Below are positions 46,491 through 58,910 of a DNA stretch of 64,000 nucleotides, piece after piece. Made by a program: the position numbers and the translations under genes. The notes under the pieces are model-generated. The model had not been told where the DNA came from. It saw only the letters and a list, made by a program, of their open reading frames with translations, and searched no databases. The stretch is from the human T2T-CHM13v2.0 reference genome, Homo sapiens, in NCBI RefSeq assembly GCF_009914755.1, contig NC_060926.1; one strand, given 5' to 3'. Within the stretch, counting starts at the first letter, position 1; each line of letters starts with the position of its first letter.

Positions 46491-47980
46491 GTATTTTGAG
46501 GAAGCTGAAGATAGGTCCCCAATCCCTTCTAGTTTGTAGGGTTTGTGCTGAGAAATCTGCTGTTAATCTGATGGGTTTTCCTTTATAGGTTATCTGGTGC
46601 TTCTCTCTCACAGTTCTTAAGATTCTTTCCCTCATCTTAATTTTGAATAACCTGATAACAATGTGCCTAGGAGAAGATCTTTTTGCAAAAAATTCCCCAG
46701 GTGTTTTTTGTGCTTCTTGGATGTCTAGGTCTCTCGCAAGGCCAGGGAAGTTTTCCTCGATTATTCCCTCAAATATATTTTCCAGGCTTTTAGAATTCTC
46801 TTCTTCCTCAGGTACACTGATTATTCTTAAGTTTGGTCATTTAACATAAACCCAGACTTCTTGATGAATTTGTTCATATTTTCTTATTCTCTTTTCTTTG
46901 TCTTTGTTGGATTGGGTTAATTCGAAGACCTTGTCTTGGAGCTCTGAATTTCTTTCTCCTACTTGTTCAATTTTATTTCTGAGACTTTCCAGGGCATTTC
47001 GCATTTCTAAAAGTGTGTCCAAAGTTTCCCGAAATTGTATTGTTTTTTCTTTAGGCTGTCTATTTCCATGAATATTTCTCCCTTCTTGTATCATTTTTTT
47101 TTGGATTTCCTTGCATTGGGCTTAACCTTTTTCTGGTCCCTCCCTGACTAGCTTAATAACTAACCTCCTGAATTCTTTTTGAAATAAATTAGGGATTTCT
47201 TCTAGTTTATATCCATTGCTGGCGAACTAGAGTGATTTTGGGGGGTGTTGAAGAGCCTTGTTTGTCATATTACCAGGGTTGGTTTTCTGGTTCCTTCTCA
47301 TTTGGGTAGTCTCTGTCAGAGGGAAGGTCTAGGGCTGAAGGCTGTTGTTCAGATTCTTTTGTCCCATGGGGTATCCCCTTGATGTAGTACTCTCCCCCAT
47401 TTCCTATATATGGCTTCTTGTGAGCTGAACTGCAGTGGTTGTTGTCTTTCTTCTAGGTCTAGCAAACCAGTGAGTCTGCCCACCTTAGAGTTGGTACTGG
47501 GGGTTGTCTGCGCAAGAGTCCTGTGATGTGAACCATCTATGAGTCTCTCAGCTATGGATACCAGTGCCTATTCCGGTGGAGGTGGCAGAGGGTACACTGG
47601 ACTCCATCAGGGTCTTTAGATTTTCTGGTTTAATGCTCTCTTTTTGTGCTGCTTGGCCTCCTGCCAACAGGTGGAGCTTTCAGGAAAGAAACTTTTCCCA
47701 CAAACAGACCTTCAGCTTCTCCAGTGGGTCTGTGTGTTTATGAGAGGAGGGTCTCCCTTCTCCCTTTTCCGCTTCTGCAGTTGGGGCACTCACAATATTT
47801 GGAGTGTCTCCCAGGTCTTGCAGGAGCAGTCTCCTTCCTTCAGAGGGTCTGTGGGTCTTCTCAGGATAGCTGGTTTGTTCTTGCAGTTGATCTGGTGCTA
47901 AAATTCACAATGCAAGCCTCAGCATGCTGCTATGTCCAGAGCTGCAATCTAGTCCTGCCTCCCATCCGCCATGATCCTCT
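46491..47980 (-). mobile_element. L1PBa-type LINE-1 5' end (internally deleted 5'UTR and ORF1), 3'-truncated
   Basis: Minus-strand start gaggatcatggcggatgggaggcaggactagattgcagctc. ORF1 peptides MRERILRTVREKHQITYKGKPIRLTADFSA and LEMRNALESLRNKIEQV. Confidence 0.9.
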
Positions 47981-50948
47981 GAATCTTGCCTAGCAACAAA
48001 GCTGTTTTTGAAAAACATTATATAATAAAGATATTTGTTGGCAATACTCAGGATAAAATATATATATAAATATAGATATTAAAAATTGCACAATAAGATT
48101 CTAACTTTTGCTGTATTTGGTGAGGCAGAAGATATTCATTGTATTGAACATAATAAAATAAAATATATTTGAAATATACTTGAAATATACTGAGCTATAG
48201 ATTAGAAAACTAAATAAAAACACAGATATCAAACTCCCACAAAAAAAAATTATCTTAGGCATAGTTTTCATTTCTGAAAATAGAGAGTTTTATACCTTTA
48301 AAATATTTGCCAGAATAAAATTTGAGACTATGAATCATTATCAGAATAGCATAAACAGGATTTGTATTGATTAGACCATTTTACAAGTTTTAGTGGAGCT
48401 AATAATTTTAATGTCAAATAAATAAAGCATAGCAGTTTCCAGTGAGGAAATGACCTTAATTGCCACTTGCAATGTGGAGAAAGAATGATTAGTAGACACT
48501 CATCTTTGCAGTGACCAAACTGTTATTTGATGATGAAACTGATGATCCAATGGACTCCTTACAAAAACATACATGCATTAAATGTAGCGTGTGGATCTAT
48601 TTATACATAGGCCATCATATTAAAATTAGGCAAATAGTTATTAAAATATCAATTAAAATTCTTATTTTCCCTATAAATTATACATTTTAAAGTTTTGATG
48701 TTAGTCTGAAAATTGAGTAGATGCAGACCTGAATGATTTTATTGTCATATTTGTGTTTTATATATTGTATTTGGGTATTATATATTTTTATATATTATTT
48801 TACTTTTTGAAGTCATGTCTTAGCCTGAAATATTACTGAACTTCAGTTTTCATTGTGCTTAATAAAAAGCACAATATTATTGCGCATTAAGTGCACTAAT
48901 ACCAACCTAAGAATACTTAATAATGTTATTTTTTGCTAGAAATGTAGTTTCTTCCTTATCATATTTAAGTAAATAACTTAACTGAGGGATAACAAAATTC
49001 ATGAAATTTTCAGGCTTACAAAATGCTCTCCTGGACAATAAAGATAGCAAACGTGGACTTTTGAATCAAAATTTCATTGATTGGAGATACTACCTCAGAA
49101 TAATATAATGTTAATGTATGTCTTCTTTTATAAGTCCTCTATGCAATTATATTTAATTTCAGTATTTGGTAGTAATAATATATTGTGTTAAAATGTGTTT
49201 GAATGAACTCATTAACTTAAACATCAGTTTGGATATGCTAATTTTTAGAACATATACAGTTTAGAATCTCAGTTGATTATAAAACTCAGGGGAAAAAAGT
49301 ATTCCTTATTATGCATCTCTGGGTATTTATAAGGTAATGTGTTTGTTTACAGTAACTTAAAACAATAAAATTAGTCAATTGTTAATGCCATTTTTTCATT
49401 TATTTTGAATGTTTCAGAAAGGAGACTAATTGCCCAATAGGACTTAATATTGTGCAAATGTTTGATAGTCACCAGACATGCTCCGGTCAGTGTATGGACA
49501 CATGTTTATTCTTAGGTAGCCTAAACTGTTTATCATTTATGTACACAAATATTTTATTTAATCAGTCTAACATTTATTTTTTACCCACTTAAAGGCTAGC
49601 ACTATTCTAATGCTTGAGCGGGCCACGAGAGAATAATATAGACACTCAGAGGTCTCCGTTACTCATTTGTAAATGGACGTATTATATCACACCTAGAGCT
49701 TTTCTTGGATGGTATGACAAAAATAGTTTCTTATGAAATTTCTGCACTGAGCTATTTCAATATATTTCCCCTCCAAAACATCATAAATATTCCACTGCTG
49801 TGTTTTTTTCCTACATTTGAAATATATTTCTCCCTTATTTTTCACTGTCAGTATCCTATCGTTCATCTAGGCACAGGTCCAGTGCAACTTTGCTAATAAG
49901 CATTTTGTCCTTCCTGTGTACTCACAAAACAGACTTATAGAGAAATACTTAAAGATTAATGGAAACTTATTCTAAACAGATGTTTAAATTTTATATATTT
50001 TTATTACAGAAAGGACTGGATTCCATAAAACTGATATTATTCAAAACAACTCTTTTTTATGTAACTCCTCTGGTTACTCTCATTAATAATCAGATCTTCT
50101 TATTATCTGTATGCAATCACTATCACTGTAAAGACAGCCTTCTGCATGTGAGTTTCCTTTCTTTAAATTGTTTCTCCAATTCCTCACTGGAGTAACCCCT
50201 CATTTAAGATGTGACCCTCTCCCAGTCACTAATGTATTTCCAATCATCTTTATGTGCCATCTCAGAGGATAAAAATTCTCTGCCCAGTGAATCTAATTCT
50301 TCAACAAGCACAACCAATTATAGGTAAGGATTTAGCTCCATCATCGAGACTTCGACCTTTTTGCAACTTGACACTTTACTATCTTTTGTGATGTAGGTCT
50401 CTTACCATTTTTTTTTCCCTTTCTACTCCAATTATTCCTTCTAGTCTCTGTTGTTGGTCCTTTTTTTAAAATATTATTTGTAATTAAAGGTTCTTTTTAA
50501 GTTGACATTTTCAACCAATGTGCTCTCGCTTTATTTTCTTTATATTCATTGTTTTTAAATTGCAATTTTCTACGGATACCAGACATATATATACAGTCTT
50601 GTGTTCACCTGAATTTAAGACATAATATCCAAATGATTAAAGATGTGATATTTTTATAATCACCTGTTCCCAATCCTATTCAAGGCAACATAATAAATAA
50701 CTGAGGCCAGTTTGCAGGAGCAGTTCAAGTAACCTTTCAAGCCTATGCTTTAGGAATTTTGTTATGATCTTTTTAATTTTGATCTCATCAACTTATCAAC
50801 TTATCAATCTCTCTGTAAATAATTTGTTTTCTTAGCCTTACTCTTTCAGATTGAAGTTACATTATATTACCTTTTAAATTTTCCATCTCAGTTCTGCCCC
50901 TAAATCTAGGGGCAGATGATTCTTACTGCAGTAGTCTGAAGTGTAAAA

Positions 50949-51236
50949 TTCATACCTGTAATCCCAGCAGTTTGGGAGGCTGAGATGGGCAGATCGCTTG
51001 AGGTCAGGAGTTAGAGACCAACCTGGCCAATAATGATGAAACCCCATCTCTATTAAAAATACAAAAATTAGCTGGGCATGGTGGTGCACATTTGTAATCC
51101 CAACTGTTCAGGAGGCTGAGGTAGGAGAATTGCTTGAACCCGGAGTTGGAGGTTGCAGTGAGCCGAGATCACGTCACCACACTCCAGCCTGGGGAACAGA
51201 GTGAAACTCTGTCTCAAAAAAAAAAAAAAAAAAAAA
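50949..51236 (+). mobile_element. AluS (Sz/Sx-like), lacking the first ~15 nt
   Basis: tcatacctgtaatcccagc...gaaactctgtctc followed by A21. Confidence 0.93.
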
Positions 51237-52559
51237 GTTTCTGATGTTCTGCATTTTTTCTCTTCCAAGTAGAAACTTCTATTAGATTTATTAAATTCTG
51301 TGTAGTTGCTTTTCATTTCAAGAAATCTGAAACAACTAAGTTAATACCTATTTGTTTTTGTTTTCCGTGACTCAACATTGCTTCTCCAAAAAGTAATGTA
51401 TTAATGCAATGTGAAATTAGTTGTCAGCTTTGTTTTTCAATGAATTTTTGTTTACTGACATATGGGAGGACACTCAAAGCATCACATTACTTTAAAGTCA
51501 ATTATTTTAAATTCTTGCATGTTCCCTTAAGTATCCCTTAAGTATCCCTTATAACTTAATACTAATAGACATTAAAATTCCTCAGCAAGAGGCATTCTGA
51601 AATAGACAATGCCATTTTGATATTAAAAGTGTAGAGTTAAATTCAGTATTTGAACTTAGCTTACCAACAATATCAGCATTATATGGATAAAAGTAATTTT
51701 TTTAATTTAACGATTGCTACATAGTTCATATTTTATCTGAAAACTGCAGCTACTTATCTTGAATGATGTTGATGAGTGCAACCATAAATAAGATTTGCTT
51801 TATTTATCTGAGAAAAGATTGTTCTGAATAAAAAGTAATTAATATTTACTTTCAGTCTGAGAAGTTGTACTGCATTATATTACATTTAGCTTAGTAAAAT
51901 ACAGTGGAATAGTAAAAATAACAAGATAACCATATCCATTCCCAACACTGAAAACAAAAAGCATTGAGAAGATACTTATTATTCTTACTCTTTATCTGTC
52001 TCTATCTATGGATATGTATAAATTTGTATATTTTCATCTGTTTGACAATTTTGTAAGAGTATGATCTTACAAATAATGAATTCTTCTGGTGAACTTTGGC
52101 TTTTTATATTTTATTTTATTGTATCTTATTTGCTTTTTTAAAAGGAAAATATAATCTCATATTCATACATTACAAATTTGTCTTTTAACACCAATCATTA
52201 AAGAATTAGACATTACTTACTGTGAAGAGACTTCAATATGCTTCTTGTTTGATCTCTAAATCCTTCACAGACTTATATTAACTTTTCTCTTCCCTTCTAT
52301 TCTACATTAAATAATGTTTTATTATTCAACAACAAGTCTTTTGAATGTAATTGTAAATCAGATAAACATACTTTTGATAGTGCCATCCTTAATAAGAATA
52401 TTACTCATTGACATCTATGAACTTGAATTTATACAGTTCCCAGAATATCATTACAGCAGCCATGCAAATCATTATGTACTCAAGGCCTGAGGGAAATAAA
52501 TCAGTCTTAAGAAAATTAGTCAGCAACTTGAAGTCCTTCAGTGGTTACAGACAGGAGTC

Positions 52560-53150
52560 ATAATAAAATTCAAACTCCTTACAGAAACCCTGCTTTGATT
52601 CGAACCCTAACTGTCCTGCTTCATCTCCTTCACTTTCCTTTGTTTTGGTCCAGTTTTAAGTAAATTTCTTCAATACTGTTGGCAATGTGTGTCTATGCTT
52701 TGCACAGCCCTTCCCTCTGACTAGCGTGCCCTTCCTAAGTTTTAGTCCACGTGTCTAAATCTTGCTATTCTTTCAAGTTTCTCCAGAGGGTAATTCCTTG
52801 TAAGATAATAACAGTAGAGTTTCATATAAGCAATTGCACAGAACTGGCAACATGACAATAAATAACAATGGCTTCTGTCCTGAAGCGGCTATCCACTGGT
52901 TTTGATTCTTCATTCTCGGTCTGACCTTCTTTTGTGTCCCCAGAACTATGTTTGCTTATTTTTGTGGCAGCACTTAATTCCCTAGCTATAATATACATCT
53001 TCTTGTAAGAATTCCCAATAAACTCTAAGCTCTGTTGTAGTAGACAGTGTCTTTCATCTTCAAATCTCAAGATCTGTCACAGTCACTGACAAACACTAGG
53101 CCAACTACAAATATTTATTGAATATATTAATGCATAAATGAATGAATGAA
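52560..53150 (+). mobile_element. L2 3' region
   Basis: taaaattcaaactccttac at the start. Ends caaatatttattgaat...aatgaatgaatgaa. Confidence 0.65.
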
Positions 53151-53743
53151 GTGTCACATTAACCAGCTTCAAAAAGAGGAGGGCATATATAAGTGAACCT
53201 TTATATACATGTATCTCATTTGTATGTAAGCATTTTTTACATTTAACCATTTAAAGTATAAGTCTTTATAATATCCTACCCATGTAAGCATGTTTCCCAG
53301 TAATGTAATTATATTTTTGATGAGTTTTGATTATCATTCATAATGATTATTTCTGTACCTGACGAGTGAATTATTTAAGGACACTGGAGTTAGCAAGGTA
53401 TTCACATTTTCATTTATTATGACAGACTGTTTTTACTTATCTTGAGACATTAACTTGAGTTCCTGTTTATTTAAAACAAATTTTGTCATTTCTACAATTA
53501 TAAGTATGAATATGGCTTTAGCCTATTATCTTGGTGAGCACTTAGGAAACTTCCATGAACTCAGATATCTATTTCTAAGATTGAAATTTTGCACACTAAC
53601 AAAGCACTAGGGAACATACTAAATGAAGTATTGAAAGGAGTTCCCATTAGTTCTTTGAAAATGTCTGTACTATCTAGAAAGAAGCTTTTATAGTTTGTTT
53701 TTATTTGTTCTTAATTATCAAATGCTCTGCTACCTGATGTGTT

Positions 53744-53930
53744 CTAGAACTACACTTTGTAGTATGATAACTAGTAGCCACATGCAGCTATTTAAATGTA
53801 ATTAAAAGTAAATAAAACATAAAATTTACCTTTTCAGTTGTAACAGTCACAACCCAAATACTCACTCAGTAAGCATCTGTAGCTAGTGCATACTGTATTG
53901 GACAGTACAGTAATAAAACATTTCCATTAT
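53744..53930. mobile_element. MER3/MER33-like hAT-Charlie
   Basis: actagtagccacatgcagctatttaaat...tactgtattggacagtacag. Confidence 0.7.
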
Positions 53931-54053
53931 TTCATTTTCATCCCATTAGACATTTTCTTTCTCTTGAAAGTAGAAGAAACTTGACAAGTAAAGCTCTAGT
54001 AAGATATTACATTATAAACTACAGCTACTGCGTATTCTTTTGTGTTTTATAAT

Positions 54054-54134
54054 AAATTATATGTACCAATTTTTAAATTATGTACCAATTATGTACCAAC
54101 TTTATGTAACAATTTTAAATTATGTACCAATTTT
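54054..54134. repeat. Irregular tandem repeat of tatgtaccaa (5 copies)
   Basis: Direct reading. Confidence 0.9.
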
Positions 54135-54839
54135 CTTTATATGGCCATAATATTTTGTTTGAAATCTTCCATTCAGCATTTCATTTCATAATGCAGAATA
54201 AATAATCAGCATCTAGCATTTTCCAGATTCAAATTCCTCAAGGTAAATGAACTCAGACTCCCCTAAAATTTAGAATAGATAATATATTTCCACTTAACAA
54301 AACAGTTATGCTTCAATTAAATTTTTTTCTCTACAGTGTGTAGCTTATTTTATTTTTTATTCAAAAACATAAATTATGTGTATATTGCAGGATATTTTAA
54401 AATGTAGCCATATATATTACTTAATTTTCAGGTTTTATTTTCTAAAATATTTTTGATAATTAATGTAATATTGAGTATATTGCCTTCTGAAATATAATTT
54501 TATTATTATTTTACTAATATTGCGCATATCATAATAACTGAACTACTATACTAGTCAAGTTCCTCAGAATTTCAGGGCTGTGAAAGAAGGGGAAGTTCAG
54601 CGTCATTTTCAGCATATCAAGGGATATTAAAATATTTAAGAAGTTGACTAGCAATCTTTAATGTATTTATTCAAGAAATATTTATCGAATGTCTATTATG
54701 TGGTAGGCTTTTTTGTTTGTATGTTTGTTTGGGGGATTCAGTAGAGAAAAACGTTGAAATTCTCAATAATTTCTGAGATACAATTTTTTTTCTTGATCCT
54801 AGTAAAAACAGAAAGAAAACACAAATATCTTCAACAATA

Positions 54840-54893
54840 AAGATCTTATGATCTTTATTTGTATAAGATCTTATGATCTTAATTTGTATAAGA
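54840..54893. repeat. 25-bp tandem duplication
   Basis: aagatcttatgatctt(t/a)atttgtat twice. Confidence 0.9.
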
Positions 54894-55001
54894 ATTTTCC
54901 TTAGAGACTTTTGTAAAGCTTAAGTTTGTTGAATTTAAGATAAGGTGCTGGAAAGAAGGTAAAACTAATAAAAATTTATTGTACATTTTATCTTTGATAA
55001 G

Positions 55002-55366
55002 TTCCATGGTCTAAATGTTTGTGTTTCACCCCCAAATTCGTATTTTGAAATTCTAACTTTCAAGGTGATAGTTTTAAGAGAGAGTGCCTTTGAGAGGTGA
55101 ATCGGACATGGGGTCAGAACTCTCATGAATAGAATCAGTACCCTTATCAAAGAAACCCCGGAGAAGACTTATCTCTTCTACCATGTGAAGTTATGATGAA
55201 AAGACAGCCTTCTGTGAACCAAAAAAATGGACCCTCACCACACACTGAATCAGTCAGCAGCTTGATCTTGGGCTCACCCAGCCTCCAAAACTAAAAAATA
55301 ATTTCTGTTCCTTATAAGCTGCCAATTTTACAGCATTTTGTTATAGCAGTGCAATGGATTGAAACA
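55002..55366 (+). mobile_element. MLT1A-type MaLR solo LTR
   Basis: atggtctaaatgtttgtgt...ctctcatgaatagaatcagt...ccctcaccacacactgaatc...ttttgttatagcag. Confidence 0.88.
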
Positions 55367-55962
55367 GTAGACAAAATTCCACCCCGACACAATTAACATG
55401 ACACTGTAAATATATTATGATAAAATGTTTATTCTCCTTTTGGCTATTATATCATTGCTTTATGATTGGAGGAAAGGGAAAATGGAAGAGAGAGTGAATA
55501 AGAGAAAAAAAGAAAGAAAAAAATGAAGGAAAAGCAAAGAAGAAACCAAACAAGTAAGCAAGAATAGAGCATATAAATTATAATCGGGAAGGCTTTAGAA
55601 ATATATTCTGTCTAACTTACAAATCCCTAGCTTTCAGAAACAAAAGGAAAGAAAAAGCAATGTAGAAAGATTAAGGAAAGAAGGGAAAGGAAAAGAAAAT
55701 AAGATAAAAAAGAGGAATAGAAGGAGGCAGGGAGGAGGCAGGGTGAAAGGAGAAAGGGAGAAATGAAGAGTTTTTTAGAATAATAATTTGCTTTCATCTG
55801 AATCTAAACCATATTACTAGTAATCACGGATAAACTCTGAAAAGGCACCTCCTAAATATGCACTTAAACAACTTGACAAAACCTGACAGGTTGGATCCTC
55901 CCACTTGCTACATAGGTATTTTCAATGAGCGAACTGATGCCACTAGTTCAATCTGTACTTAC

Positions 55963-56105
55963 GCAAGCTGAAGCAAAGTGGCAGCTTGGCATAAATTCAG
56001 ACAGGGTTAATGATAGTGAAGCTGGTGGGCTGACAAATGTGGGCAATCTTTAAATGGCTCGTTGAAAGGTTGGCTGCTGAAATGGTAGGCAAAGTGATTC
56101 ATTTG
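55963..56105 (-). other. Candidate 143-nt spliced exon (non-coding or stop-containing)
   Basis: Minus-strand acceptor gttaattatatttttatactttattttcctttttAG| and donor GC|GTAAGT. Unique, higher-complexity sequence. Stop codons in all three frames. Confidence 0.5.
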
Positions 56106-57484
56106 CTAAAAAGGAAAATAAAGTATAAAATATAATTAACAAAAGAAAACAGACTTTAGAAAATAGATTGTCTTAATTTGCAAATCCCTGGCTTTCAGAT
56201 GCAAAATAAACTTCCAAAGTAGATTTTTATCTTATGGGTTTAGCATTTACTGAACTAGGACAATTAGATGAGGTTTTTTTCTCTATTCTATATAGAGTCT
56301 TTAATTTGACCTTTAGTTGAATTTGCTACTAAAAAGTCTACATAGAAAACAGTAAGAAAAATATAGCTTCATGATTTACAAAAATTGATGCATATTTATT
56401 TTACTCTTCTGTTTAAATTAGCACACTGTAAGGTTTGCAATGCTTCACTAATATATATTTGAAAGTAATTGGACAGTTCTAGCCAGATGAAATTGGTTAT
56501 ACAAGTGTAACAATGCAGAACACTGCTGATAACTGTGCTTTAAAAATCCCTAAGTGTTAGTTGGGTTTATTCAGTTATGAATCAAGGTTTCATTTTTATT
56601 TCATTAGAAAATATTTTCATAACTATGAGACATATGAACTTAATATGAAATGTATGTATAAGAAAGAAAAGAAAGATGAACTCTCATATTTGTCCTACCT
56701 CAGATTTCAAAGTAATTGTTCATCCACACAAAGAAGCTTGTTTTTTGCATTTTAGCTTTTGGGTAGCACATTCTATTAGAAGGAGAATAGCATTAATTGG
56801 GTTGTTACGGCTGCAACTAATTAAATATATAAATATCTTTAAGGAGAAAGCTTTTTTGTTTCACTTCTGTCTCACATGAAAATTAACAAACATAAGAATA
56901 ATTTTTCCCTCATGACTATTATAATTGGAAATAATTTTGGCTAACAAAATTTACTTTGCTACTATTAATCATATTAAAATTATTAAATATCTTAAAGAGG
57001 CCTTCAGACAGCATGGAAATTGTAGAATTACATCTTTCTACTGTTTTTGAACTCAGAATTAATAAATTAAAATTTTGAAGTCTCTCACTGTAGCAAAATT
57101 TGTTAGAGGAAAGATTTGATAGAATCTGTTGATTTAAATAGCATTTGATGCATATTTTCTCTACAGATATAAATATCCACTTGGGAATTCTAAGAAAGAC
57201 TTTAGGGATTATAGATGAGTGATGAATTAACACTTTTAATGTTTTTCAAAATGTCTAATACTGTATATCAATATGTTAACCTCCATCATGAATTGAGAGA
57301 GAGATTCTAAACTACATATAAATATCAAATCTTCAAGTTCATATTTTAATGAGAATATCTTTCACCAGGTTTTGGTTATTTTTAATGACACATGTTTTGT
57401 ATGCTAAAGCCCCAAAAAATGTATCAGAATACTTTTAGATGATTCAATATAATCGATCAATTCCCTTCTATTCTAATTGTGATA

Positions 57485-58910
57485 TTTATAGTCATTTGAT
57501 TTTCAAAAAGAATGTTAAGACAATTCAATAGAAAAAGAATAGTATTTTCAACAAATGATGCTTGGACAAGTTGAATTTCACATATATAATAATGCTGTTG
57601 AACTCCATCCGCACACCATACATGAATATTAACTCAGAATTGATCATCATCTAAATGAAAATATGAAACTCCTAGAAGATAATTTAGGTGTAAATGTCAT
57701 GACCTGTAGTCAGGCAAGGTATGACATCAAAGCCCAATGAACAAAATGAGGAGAGAAAAAGATAAATTTTGCTTTATCAAAATGAAAAACAGTTGTGCTT
57801 TGAAGGACATTTATCAAGACATAAAAATGTTAACTCACAGAAATGGGGGAAATACTTGGAAATCATATACCTGATAAGACACTGGTATTCAGAAATCACA
57901 AAGATTACTTGTAACTCAGTAACAATAAAAAGACAAATAGCTAAATTAAAACAGCTCATATAATTTGAACGTATATTTCTCCAAAGAAGATATGCAAATG
58001 GCAAACAAGCACATGGAAAGATTCTCAGCCTTATCAGCCATTGAGGAAATACAAATGCAAATGACAATGAGATCCTACTTCATATCCACCAGGAAGGTTA
58101 TAATAAAAAAGGCAGACCATTGCAAGTGAAGACATTAGAATCCTACTACACTTATTTGTAAATGTAAATGGTGGAAGCGATTTGGAAAATAGTTTGGAAG
58201 TACCTCAAAAAGTTAAACATAGTTACAAAGTGCCCAGCAAATTTTCTTCTAAGTACATATCCAAGAGAAATGAAAAAAAATGTGTATATATATATATATG
58301 TTATATATATAATGTTGCTATGAACATTCATGTACATTTTTGTATGTATATATAATTTTTCATTTTTCTTGGGTATGTACTATATATTTATATACATATA
58401 TATATATCCAAAAATGTGTGCATGAATGTGCATAGCAACATTATTCATAATAGCCAAAAACTAGTGATAACCCTAATGTCCATCAACTAATGTATAATAA
58501 AGAAAATAAAGTATATACATACAATGAGATATAATTTGATGTTAAAGATAAGGTAGTACTAATAATTGCTCGACCTGGAGAAATCTTGAAAACATTATGT
58601 GAAATAAAAGAAGCCAGCCATAATAAACCATACATTGTATAATTCCAAACATACAAAAACATATAAAATGCCCAGAATAGAAAAATCTATATATACAGAA
58701 AATAAAATAGTAACTAAGCAGTGTGGAAAATGGAGATAATGGAGAATGATTCCTAATGAGTGTAGCAGTCTTGGTGGTGGTGGGGGGTAATGAATATATT
58801 TTAAAATTAGAATGTGGTAGTAGATGCACAATTATGTAATATATAAAAATTAATAGTTCATTTTAAATAGGTATTTTTCATATGAGAATTATATCTCAAT
58901 AAAGTTATTG
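57485..58910 (+). mobile_element. Old LINE-1 3' portion (L1MB-like)
   Basis: ttttcaacaaatgatgcttggacaag; tttctccaaagaagatatgcaaatggc; ends gaattatatctcaataaagtt. Confidence 0.88.
58309..58381 (-). repeat. Inverted copy of the immediately flanking L1 sequence
   Basis: Its reverse complement matches 58252-58290 joined to 58405-58444. Confidence 0.9.

Noticed and set aside
49418-49485. Plus-strand exon-like segment with one open frame (KETNCPIGLNIVQMFDSHQTCS)
   Set aside because: Weak donor (GTCAGT) and no recognisable protein similarity.
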